A stretch of DNA of 33,201 nucleotides, taken from assembly GCA_043809585.1 (NCBI GenBank), contig JBDROZ010000032.1, positions 1 through 33,201 of the forward strand. The letters run 5' to 3'. This DNA comes from Candidatus Eiseniibacteriota bacterium. Lineage in GTDB: Bacteria > Orphanbacterota > Orphanbacteria > Orphanbacterales > Orphanbacteraceae. A program made the position numbers and the translations under genes. Below the pieces are notes generated by a model. The model ran no database searches. It was not told the origin of the DNA and saw only the letters and a list, made by a program, of their open reading frames with translations. Of this stretch, positions 25,572 to 33,201 are shown one piece after another (position 1 is the first letter of the stretch; every line of letters begins with the position of its first letter).

Positions 25572-25718
25572 CTTTTCCCCCACCTTCCGATCCGAGAAGA
25601 GTTCCTTCTTCCTCCTAATGATCGGCAACGGAGGGTCGAACTTGAGGGGAAACAAGGGGAGCCCGCGGTGGGGGCCGCGGGCTCTTACGGACGGAAGGGT
25701 CCTGCTGTCGTTCTCGAT

Positions 25719-25767
25719 CGCGAGCGATAGCGTTTTGAGCCGAGATTCTATGAAAGGTCAAGGCTAG
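25719..25767. repeat. Truncated right end of MITE-like family B
   Basis: 44/49 nt identical to 22705-22753; the terminal CTAG overlaps the stop codon of the sigma factor gene. Confidence 0.85.
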
Positions 25768-26837
25768 GCCACCTGGCCGGCGGCCATCTTTTCCTCGGTC
25801 AACCGCATCTCCGCCAGACTCTCTCGGAGTTTCCGGAGCGCCCGGGCCTCGAGCTGGCGGATCCTCTCCCGGGTGACTCCCAGGATCCGGCCGGTCTGTT
25901 CCAGCGAATGGGGCTCTCCCGTCTCGAGACCGTAACGGATCCGGAGAATGCGGGCTTCCCTTTCCGGCAGGGAGTCGAGAAGCCGGAACAGTAGATCCTT
26001 CTGCAGCTCTTCCATGGCCTGCTCGAGCGGGCTGGCGGCGTTCACGTCCGGGATGATATCGTGGAGGACGTGTGAATGAACGTCGACTTCCATCGGCTGA
26101 TCGAGGGAGAGGATCCCTTTCGCGAGCCGCGAGATCTCGAGGAACCGGCGGCGGGGTAGGTCGATCCGCTCCCTCACTTCTTCACTCGTCGGCACGCGCC
26201 CGAGCTCCTGCAAAAGCTCCCTCTGGGCGGTCAGGTACTGCTTGATCAGGGCGAGAACGTTCGCGGGAATCCGGACCGTCCGGCTCTTGTTTACGAGCGC
26301 CCGCGTCACCGCCTGGCGAATCCACTTGGACGCGTAGGTGCTGAACCGGAGGCCACGCTCCACCTCGAAGCGCTCGACCGCCTTCATCAGGCCGATGTTT
26401 CCCTCCTCGATCAGGTCCTCGAGGGAGAGCCCCATGCCTTGGTACCTTTTCGCGATGCTGATCACGAGTCGAAGGTTGCGCGAGATCAGTTCCAGGCGGG
26501 CGCCCTCGTCGCCGCTCTTGACCCGCCACGCGACCCGCGCCTCTTCTTCCCGGCCCAGCAGGGAGAACCGCCGGATGTCCCGCAGGTAGATGCCGACCGC
26601 ATCCTGGGACACGCCACGGCTTCCCCCCTTTCTCTCTCCGCTCCCCGTGACCTGGTTCTCGAACATGACTTCCCCTTCCGCACGATGCTCGTCGTCGCTG
26701 TCGCCGGCCTCTCGACCCTCGATGACCCAGAAAGACCAGGACGGTTCCTTCCGGTCGTTTCCGGGCTCGTCCTCGAAGTCGCACAGTTCGAGGCACGAGA
26801 GATCCCATTCTCTGGTGGTCGCGGCCGTTCCTGGCAT
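25764..26837 (-). CDS. Sigma70-family sigma factor, RpoD/RpoS-like, lacking a recognisable region 1.1
   Basis: YLRDI...[51 protein letters not shown] and [10 protein letters not shown] motifs. Start uncertain (26864 TTG, 26837 ATG or 26666 ATG). Confidence 0.93.
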   Translation of the reverse strand: MPGTAATTREWDLSCLELCDFEDEPGNDRKEPSWSFWVIEGREAGDSDDEHRAEGEVMFENQVTGSGERKGGSRGVSQDAVGIYLRDIRRFSLLGREEEARVAWRVKSGDEGARLELISRNLRLVISIAKRYQGMGLSLEDLIEEGNIGLMKAVERFEVERGLRFSTYASKWIRQAVTRALVNKSRTVRIPANVLALIKQYLTAQRELLQELGRVPTSEEVRERIDLPRRRFLEISRLAKGILSLDQPMEVDVHSHVLHDIIPDVNAASPLEQAMEELQKDLLFRLLDSLPEREARILRIRYGLETGEPHSLEQTGRILGVTRERIRQLEARALRKLRESLAEMRLTEEKMAAGQVA

Positions 26838-26912
26838 AGGGGACTCCAGGTTCAGTGCCTTCAATATCCGAAAAAGCCTTTCCCGTTTCGGATCGTTTCT
26901 GCCTGTTTTGTA

Positions 26913-26929
26913 CGCAGATTACGTGCCAA
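26913..26929 (-). promoter_or_regulatory. Putative sigma54 promoter of the sigma factor gene
   Basis: Minus strand TTGGCACGTAATCTGCG, i.e. TGGCAC-N5-CTGC. Confidence 0.7.
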
Positions 26930-27040
26930 CCCGCATCGGACCGTCCTGGCTGGTTCGTAACCGACTATATGACAATTGTGTGCAGCATGATGCTTGAGGT
27001 CGATTCTCACGGTCCGGACGGGAGAATGTGGGGGCGAGCG

Positions 27041-27121
27041 GTGTGAATCAGATTCACACGGCGTCGGAGGGGCTCCTAATGGGCCGAGAAGAAAAGGGTT
27101 GGGTTGTGAACGCTGTACACA
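27041..27121. promoter_or_regulatory. Pair of palindromic operator/enhancer sites TGTGAA-N5-TWCACA
   Basis: Perfect palindrome GTGTGAATC-A-GATTCACAC (27041-27059) and variant TGTGAACGCTGTACACA (27105-27121); centres 63 bp apart. Confidence 0.65.
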
Positions 27122-27153
27122 CCCGGGCTGCGTACCTGGGTACCACCCACGTT

Positions 27154-27915
27154 CTAGAACTCCTCGAGGGAGTTCCGGGGGACCCAGCCCCGCAGGTCCG
27201 GCGTAACCTCCACGAGAACCCACCCTTCCGCATCTCGGTTCATGCGAACCACCGTACCGGGATGGAGGAGGAACTCCTCGGTGAAGCGCTCCCCCGGACC
27301 GCTCCGAGCGGCAATCTCTCCGGGGACGACGGCCCCGCGGCGGACCCACTCCTGGTCATGATAGGACCGCGCGAGGAGAAGCAGGAGAAGCGGCAAGAGG
27401 GTACCGAGGACTTGGGTCGGGGTCGCCAGCCGCTTCCGGATCCGCGGGCGTAGCAGGCGGAGGGCCAGGGCAGCGACGAACAGGCCGTACACGATCTCCG
27501 CGAAGAGAAGCCACTCCCGCCAGGTCAGCCGTCCTGCCGCATCGTCGAGGAGGCGAAGCAGGGGGAACCGGCTGTCCCCCATCGATCTGTCGAGGGTGCG
27601 GCTTTCGACGTACTCGAGATTGGCCCGGAGATCGGGGTCCCGAGGCATGTAGCGAAGCGCCCGGTGGAGGTTCGCCATCGAGCGGCCGAGGTCGTCCACC
27701 TTGAAGTAGGCGGTCCCCAGGTCATAGAGGAGGGGTCCGTTCTCCACACCCGACGAGCGGATCCCCTCGAAGCAGAGCACCGCGTCACGGAAGCGTCCCT
27801 CCCGGTAGGCGGCGGTCCCCTCCCGGAAGAGGGAGTCGAGATCGGCCGCGGCCATGGGCGCGGCGGGGGCGGACGCGAGCGCGACGACCGCGAAGAGGAC
27901 GGCGGCCATCCTCAT
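27154..27915 (-). CDS. BatE-like TPR/SH3 protein
   Basis: Signal peptide, TPR (LYDLGTAYFK...PRDPDLRANL), two TM segments, SH3b-like end (RSGPG...LHPGT...GWVP). Confidence 0.85.
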   Translation of the reverse strand: MRMAAVLFAVVALASAPAAPMAAADLDSLFREGTAAYREGRFRDAVLCFEGIRSSGVENGPLLYDLGTAYFKVDDLGRSMANLHRALRYMPRDPDLRANLEYVESRTLDRSMGDSRFPLLRLLDDAAGRLTWREWLLFAEIVYGLFVAALALRLLRPRIRKRLATPTQVLGTLLPLLLLLLARSYHDQEWVRRGAVVPGEIAARSGPGERFTEEFLLHPGTVVRMNRDAEGWVLVEVTPDLRGWVPRNSLEEF

Positions 27916-29711
27916 CGTCCCCTCCCTCCTTCCCGGCGGAGCCGGGAGATCCGCCTCACCAGTTCCTCTCCCTCGGCGAGCAGTCTCTCCCTCTCCGGAA
28001 CGGGCATCGGCTCCGGAGCGTACCGGGCCCTGTCACAGGCGGCGAGGAACCGGGAAGCGGCCTCGGCGGAATCCTGGTCCCCCCCCAGGCGCTCGATCGA
28101 AGCGACCACCTCCCGGGCGGTCATCCCCGAGACGGGCAGGTTGGTCCGGTCTCCGAGATACCCTGTCACTCCCCGCCCGAGGGCGGCGGCGAACTCGCGG
28201 GAGTCGTCGTCCCCGAGGTGGGCCCGTGCGGCGGCGAGGGCCCTCTTCGCGACCCCTCCCGCCCTCCGGGCCCTCGCCCACGCTCGGTCCCGATGGAGGC
28301 GTTCCCGGTGCTTTCTCCACGCGATGAGGCCCGCCAGGAGCACGAGGGGGGCGGCGTTGGCCGCGAGGAGGCCTGGGACCGGGACTCCCTTTCGGGGCGC
28401 CCATTCGAGACCGGCCGGCTCCTTCAGATAGCGGAGATCCTCTTCCCGCCGTTCGATCTCTCTTTGGGCCGCCTCCACTTCGGGCGGTTCCCCGGAGACC
28501 CGGACCGGAAAAGGCCCGGCGGTGCGGGTCACATAACCGCCCGCGTCGGGATCGAAGAAGGTGAAGGCGATCGGCGCGATCGTGTAGTCGCCGCCGTACC
28601 GGGGGACGAAGACCCGCGTGTAGGTTTTTTTCCCCCGAACCCGGTAATCTTCCTTCGATGTCTCCGTGGCGCTTCCCGAGTCGTACACCTTGAACGTCTC
28701 CGGCGCCGCGGGGTCGGGGAGCCTGGCGGCCTGCACGTTTCCCTCCCCTTCGAGGGTGACCGTGAGCGTGACCGGTTCGTTCGCCGCCACAGAGTCCTTG
28801 TCGAGCTCCGCACGGAGGCGGAACGAGCCGACGGCGCCTTCGAAGCCGGCGGGGCGCCCCCCGGCGGGAAGAGGTTTCACGGTGACGGCGAGGGAATCGG
28901 TGCGCAGGGTCTCCTGCACCGGCCTCCTCCTCCCCCCCCGGAGTCCGCCGCGGAGCAAATCGAAGGGATCGCTGGAGAAGAAGGTGTCCTCCTGGTAACG
29001 GAGCGTCGCCGGCCCGATCACGAGTCGCCCGGGGCGGGTCGGAAAGAGCGCGGTTTTCACTTCGTTGACCAGGTAGTTCGTTCCCCGGACCTCATCGTAG
29101 AAACGGCGCTGAGGGGGCAGGTCCTCCGCCCAGAATCCCTCGCTGGAGGGGGGGGAGTATTCGGGGTCGCCGGCGAAACGGACGCGCTGGTAGAGGCGGA
29201 AAGTGAGCGTAACCTGCTCGCCGATGAAGGCCTCGTCCTTGTCGACGAAGGTGCGGAGGAAGGCGGCGGCGGCGGCATCGTCCCCCGTCCCTCCCCGGGG
29301 GGGCGGAGCGGGGGCCGGAGCGGGCGCCCCCCGGGCGACGCGGATTCTCACGGCCGGCGCGGTCCCCTCCTCTCCGCCGATGACGACGCGGAACGGACCG
29401 ACCGAATGCTCCCCTTCGGAACGGGGCGAGAGCAAATAGGTGTGGGTGATTGACGAAGTGACCGCCCCGTTCACGATGGAGACGCTCTGGGAGGTGCCCG
29501 CCGAGTAGACGCGGAAGCCGGCGGTCTCGCCGAGATCGATGTCCGCCTCCCCCCGCCCCCCCTGGATGGAAAGGGTGAGCGTTACCCGGCCGTCCAGATC
29601 GACCTGGTCGCGGTCGATCCGGGCGGTCAGCTCGACCGCCGCCGCCGGGTCGGCCCCGAGAAGCGCGCCGGCGACGAGAACCGCCAGGAAGGGGAGAAGA
29701 GCGGGTCTCAC
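27912..29711 (-). CDS. BatD-family protein
   Basis: Signal peptide, SQSVSIVNG, GAVGSF, GEGNV and FFDP..G.Y motifs; Bat operon context. Confidence 0.88.
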   Translation of the reverse strand: MRPALLPFLAVLVAGALLGADPAAAVELTARIDRDQVDLDGRVTLTLSIQGGRGEADIDLGETAGFRVYSAGTSQSVSIVNGAVTSSITHTYLLSPRSEGEHSVGPFRVVIGGEEGTAPAVRIRVARGAPAPAPAPPPRGGTGDDAAAAAFLRTFVDKDEAFIGEQVTLTFRLYQRVRFAGDPEYSPPSSEGFWAEDLPPQRRFYDEVRGTNYLVNEVKTALFPTRPGRLVIGPATLRYQEDTFFSSDPFDLLRGGLRGGRRRPVQETLRTDSLAVTVKPLPAGGRPAGFEGAVGSFRLRAELDKDSVAANEPVTLTVTLEGEGNVQAARLPDPAAPETFKVYDSGSATETSKEDYRVRGKKTYTRVFVPRYGGDYTIAPIAFTFFDPDAGGYVTRTAGPFPVRVSGEPPEVEAAQREIERREEDLRYLKEPAGLEWAPRKGVPVPGLLAANAAPLVLLAGLIAWRKHRERLHRDRAWARARRAGGVAKRALAAARAHLGDDDSREFAAALGRGVTGYLGDRTNLPVSGMTAREVVASIERLGGDQDSAEAASRFLAACDRARYAPEPMPVPERERLLAEGEELVRRISRLRREGGRGR

Positions 29712-30514
29712 CAGTCCTTCCCCTCTCCCTTCCCCACCGCTCGCCGCTGCTTCATGTTCTCCCGGCGCTCCGCCTCTTCCTCTTCGGCCAGGGCCTGCAG
29801 GATCCTTTCCGCGTCTTCTCGGGACATCTTCTGATCCCCGGGTAGGGGCTGTTGTTGGTCTTGCTGCTGTTGGTCCTGCTGTTGTTGGTCTTGCTGTTGT
29901 TGGTCTTGCTGTTGTTGGTCTTGCTGCTGCTGGTCTTGCTGCTGCTGGTCTTGCTGCTGCTGGTCTTGCTGTTGCTGGTCTTGCTGTTGTTGGTCCTGCT
30001 GTTGTTGGTCCTGCTGTTGTTGGTCCTGCTGCTGTTGGTCCTGCTGTTGTTGGTCTTGCTGCTGCTGGTCTTGCTGCTGCTGGTCCTGCTGCTGCTGGTC
30101 CATCATCTGCAGGACCTTTTCCAGGTTGTACTTGACGTCCTCGTCGTCCGGATCCCGCCGGAGCGCTTCCTTGTAGAGGGCCGCCGCCTCGTCGAGCTTG
30201 CCCATCCGGGCGAGGGCGGTTCCCGCACCGTACAGGGAGGCGCCGTCCAAGCCTTCCCCGCGTCTGGCCGCTCCGAAGGCGGCGGCCGCCTCCTCGAAAC
30301 GGCCGAGCCGGTAGAGGGCGGCGGCGACGTTGAACGAGAGGTCGGGCCTCTCGGGGGCTTCCGTCTCGGCTTCCAGGAAGTGATCGAGGGCATCCTCGTA
30401 ACGCCCCTCGTCGTACGACGCGATTCCCCGCTCGTTCTTCTCCCGGACCGGGTCCCCGAAGGCGAGGACAAGGAGGGCGAAGAGGACGAAAGCGCTCTTA
30501 TTCGATGCGGCCAC
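29708..30514 (-). CDS. BatC-like TPR protein with Gln-rich linker
   Basis: TPRs, P.DED.KYNLE, Q-rich tract, MSREDAERILQAL and terminal KDW. Confidence 0.88.
   Translation of the reverse strand: MAASNKSAFVLFALLVLAFGDPVREKNERGIASYDEGRYEDALDHFLEAETEAPERPDLSFNVAAALYRLGRFEEAAAAFGAARRGEGLDGASLYGAGTALARMGKLDEAAALYKEALRRDPDDEDVKYNLEKVLQMMDQQQQDQQQQDQQQQDQQQQDQQQQDQQQQDQQQQDQQQQDQQQQDQQQQDQQQQDQQQQDQQQQDQQQQDQQQQDQQQQDQQQPLPGDQKMSREDAERILQALAEEEEAERRENMKQRRAVGKGEGKDW
29849..30100 (-). repeat. 15-bp coding tandem repeat encoding (DQQQQ)16 plus DQQQ
   Basis: GAC CAR CAR CAR CAR units differing only at synonymous A/G positions. Confidence 0.98.
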
Positions 30515-31523
30515 TCCATACCCCCTTCCGGGCCTCTCCCGATGTTCCGAGCAGGAACTCGAGGAACAAGAGCAGTGTAGCAGGGAGAAGGAACCAGACA
30601 TACCGCTCTTCCCGGAGGACGTAGACTCGGGAGCGGAACTCTCTCTTCTCCATGCCCGACAGAGCGTCCAGGATCCGGTCGAGAGCGTCCGGTTCGTTCT
30701 CGAGTTCGAAGGCCCGCCCCCCGGTGCGGGCCGCCACTTCCCGGAGCAATTGGTCGTTCCGCCGGGAGACGACGAGTTCGCCCCCCCGGTCTTTCTTGAA
30801 TCCCGGGCCCTCCCCCTTGGGAAGGGGAATCAGCTCCCCCTCCGCGCTTCCGAGGGCGATGGTGAAGATCCGGATCCCCGCCTCCGCCGCTTCGTCCGCC
30901 GCCGAGAGGACGTCTCCCTCGTGGTCCTCGCCGTCCGTCAGGAGCACCACCGCCTTCGACCCTGCCGCGCTCTCCCGGAGCATGTGGATCGACCGACGGA
31001 GCGCCTTCGCGATCGCCGTCCCCCCCGTGGGGACCGTCCACGGGTCGAGGGCCCCGAGGAAGATGCGGACCGCGCCGTAGTCGACGGTGGGCGGACAGGT
31101 GGGAAGGGAGGTTCCCGCGAAACTCACGATGCCCACCCGGTCCCCCTTGAGGCGTGACAGGGCGCCCGCCACTTCCCCTCTCGCCCGCTCGAGCCGGCTC
31201 GGCGGCTGGTCTTCGGCGAGCATGGAGAGGGACGCGTCGATGGCGAAGACGAGGTCGATCCCTTCCCGAGTCATGGGCGTCTGCTTCTCCCCGTATTGGG
31301 GGTGGGCGAGGGCGAAGACGACACCCGTCATTCCTGCGAGGAAGAGCCGCTCCTTCCGGCGGCGCTTCCCGTCGTCCGCCCCCCGGACGAGGTGGGCGAG
31401 GAGCCCCGGGCTGCCGAAGCGCTCGAGGGCCTCCCGTCTCTTCTTCCGCCCCCGCCGGATGAGGAGCCAGAGCAGGGGGACGAGAAGGAGCCCGTTCAAC
31501 CAGACCGGCGCGCCGAAGTGCAT
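30498..31523 (-). CDS. BatB-like vWA-domain protein
   Basis: MIDAS motif DASLSM, DRVGIVSFAG, GTAI and LLTDGEDH. Confidence 0.9.
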   Translation of the reverse strand: MHFGAPVWLNGLLLVPLLWLLIRRGRKKRREALERFGSPGLLAHLVRGADDGKRRRKERLFLAGMTGVVFALAHPQYGEKQTPMTREGIDLVFAIDASLSMLAEDQPPSRLERARGEVAGALSRLKGDRVGIVSFAGTSLPTCPPTVDYGAVRIFLGALDPWTVPTGGTAIAKALRRSIHMLRESAAGSKAVVLLTDGEDHEGDVLSAADEAAEAGIRIFTIALGSAEGELIPLPKGEGPGFKKDRGGELVVSRRNDQLLREVAARTGGRAFELENEPDALDRILDALSGMEKREFRSRVYVLREERYVWFLLPATLLLFLEFLLGTSGEARKGVWSGRIE

Positions 31524-32518
31524 CAGGGAAACCTCCTCAGGACCGTCGCCGAGAAGAGCGCCTCCAGGAGAAGCAGCGCCGCCGCCGGGATCAGAAACCG
31601 GCCGAAGAGGTCCGTGTAGTTCACGTATTCGTCGCTCGTGATCTCCGTCTTCTCCATGTCGCCGATCTCCTTGAAGATCCGGCGGAGGGCGTCCGTGTCG
31701 GTGGCCCGGTAGTAGCGGCCCCCCGTCTCCTCCGCGATCCGGCGGAGCGTCTCCTCGTCGATCTCGGTCTTCCTCTTCACGAGCCGCCGCCCGAAGATGG
31801 GATCGTCCACGGGGTAGAGGGCTTCGCCCTGCTTCCCGATGCCGATGGTGTAGATGCGGACCCCCATGGTGGCCGCCACGTTCGAAGCCGTCGCCGGATC
31901 AATCCGCCCCGTGTTGTTCACGCCGTCGGTGAGGAGGATCGCCACCTTGCTTTTCGCGTCGCTCTCTTTCAGGCGGTTCACGCAATTCACGATCGCCATT
32001 CCGATGGCCGTCCCGTCCTCGACCATGCCGATGTGGATGTCATCGAGGAGGCCGAGGAGGACTTCGTAGTCGAGCGTGAGGGGGCACTGGACGAAGCTGA
32101 CGGCGGCGAAGACGACGATCCCGATCCGGTCCGACTCGCGGCCCCGGATGAAGTCGGCGGCCACGCTCTTCGCCGCGTCGAGCCGGTTGTTCGGCTGCAG
32201 GTCCACCGCCTGCATGCTGCTCGACACGTCGAGGGCGACGAGGATGTCGACGCCTTCCGTGTTCACCGTGATCCCCCGCGCCCCCGCCTGGGGCCGGGCG
32301 AGGGCGACGATAAGGAGGAGGACCGCGATGAACCGGAGGATCGCCGCGCCGTGCCGCGCCGCCCACGGGGAACGGGGACGGGCCGTGCGGAGTAGTTCGA
32401 GATCGGAGAAGCGGATCCGGGGCCCCGCGCGGAGGCGCCGCCGGTACGCGTGGATCATCAGGGCGAACACCGGAAGGGCGAAGAGAAGAACAGAGGGGTG
32501 GGCGAAGCGGAGGATCAC
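31523..32518 (-). CDS. BatA-like vWA-domain protein
   Basis: ALARPQ, DVSSSM, DRIGIVVFA, PLTLD, GTAIG, LLTDGVNN and TGGRYYRA motifs; GTG start overlaps the upstream stop. Confidence 0.92.
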   Translation of the reverse strand: MILRFAHPSVLLFALPVFALMIHAYRRRLRAGPRIRFSDLELLRTARPRSPWAARHGAAILRFIAVLLLIVALARPQAGARGITVNTEGVDILVALDVSSSMQAVDLQPNNRLDAAKSVAADFIRGRESDRIGIVVFAAVSFVQCPLTLDYEVLLGLLDDIHIGMVEDGTAIGMAIVNCVNRLKESDAKSKVAILLTDGVNNTGRIDPATASNVAATMGVRIYTIGIGKQGEALYPVDDPIFGRRLVKRKTEIDEETLRRIAEETGGRYYRATDTDALRRIFKEIGDMEKTEITSDEYVNYTDLFGRFLIPAAALLLLEALFSATVLRRFP

Positions 32519-33201
32519 GATTCCTCCCCTCCTTCCTTTTTCTCTCCCGCCCGGGTGAGATCGACGAAGCGGCGCGCCTCCCCCGCCGCGGCGGAAGCCT
32601 CCCCCTCCCCGGGCAGGGTGCCCCGGAACTTCGCGAGGTCGCAGAGGCCGAAGAGCTCGCGGAGGAGCCGGGTGGATTCGGTTTCCAGGTTCTCCCCCCG
32701 GAGGAGGCGGAGCGTCTCCCGGCTGGTTCGCTCCGGTGCGGGCACTCCGTAGCGCCGGTCGATGTACTCCCTGAGAATGCCGGAGAGGCGGAACCAGTAC
32801 GGCCTGCCCACGCCGTTCCCGGAGCGTCCCTCCGCCACGAGCGCGTCCAGGGCTTCGTAGGCGGCCACGTGGGCGCCGCGGAGATCGACCGCGCCGAGCA
32901 CGGGATCGGGAAGCACCTCCCGGCGCCTCCACCGGAGCCAGACGAGAAGGGCCGCCGCGAGAAGGACGAGGGCCGCCGCCGGCAGGGCGAGGGCCCGGAA
33001 CCAATCCCGGCCGAGGGAGAGGGGGGGCTTCACGTCCCGGAGGTCCCCCTCCGGATCGACGACGACGGAGAGGACCGTCACCGGAATCGGCCCGCTCCCC
33101 GTCCCCCCTCCCGGAGGCGTCAGGGGAGGGATCTCGAAATCCCCCGTCTCGAACGCGGTGATCCGGAACCGGGCGACGGCGGTGCGGACCCCGTCCCTCG
33201 T
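32515..33201 (-). CDS. Bat-operon conserved membrane protein (5' end outside the window)
   Basis: LRDVKPP, one TM segment, LS.ILREYI..RY...A.ERTS.E and DLAKF motifs, typical of the gene preceding batA. Confidence 0.8.
   Translation of the reverse strand, partial: TRDGVRTAVARFRITAFETGDFEIPPLTPPGGGTGSGPIPVTVLSVVVDPEGDLRDVKPPLSLGRDWFRALALPAAALVLLAAALLVWLRWRRREVLPDPVLGAVDLRGAHVAAYEALDALVAEGRSGNGVGRPYWFRLSGILREYIDRRYGVPAPERTSRETLRLLRGENLETESTRLLRELFGLCDLAKFRGTLPGEGEASAAAGEARRFVDLTRAGEKKEGGEES

Noticed and set aside
29849-30100. Tandem repeat as a CRISPR array, or the antisense poly-Leu/Val ORF (29852-30580) as a membrane protein
   Set aside because: No spacers and no cas genes; variation is synonymous for the minus-strand Gln codons of the BatC-like gene.

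Overview
Very GC-rich bacterial chromosomal window of mostly housekeeping and accessory genes, nearly all on the minus strand. In order: a 1026-aa TPR-GAF-AAA+(sigma54)-HTH enhancer-binding protein preceded by an unannotated 74-aa signal-peptide ORF; methyltransferase, cutA, purM and a hypothetical; a PfkB kinase, argS, rsfS and comEC; fbp; a DUF5989-like small protein and a stand-alone rplC; a trehalose cluster (DUF5752-like, treT, otsB, otsA); an ECF sigma/anti-sigma/secreted-protein triad; a frameshifted THUMP RNA methyltransferase; fba; a DUF3524/GTDC1-like glycosyltransferase; an RpoS/RpoD-like sigma factor; and a Bat (vWA/TPR) operon. The most notable observations are: (i) a candidate peptide-sensing system of RRNPP-like logic (secreted peptide plus TPR receptor fused to a sigma54 activator), with sigma54 -24/-12 motifs upstream of comEC and of the sigma factor gene; (ii) dispersed ~180-195 nt rod-like palindromic elements whose CTAG ends coincide with TAG stop codons; (iii) an orphan L3 gene outside the S10 operon. 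Family calls come from motif recognition, not from database searches.
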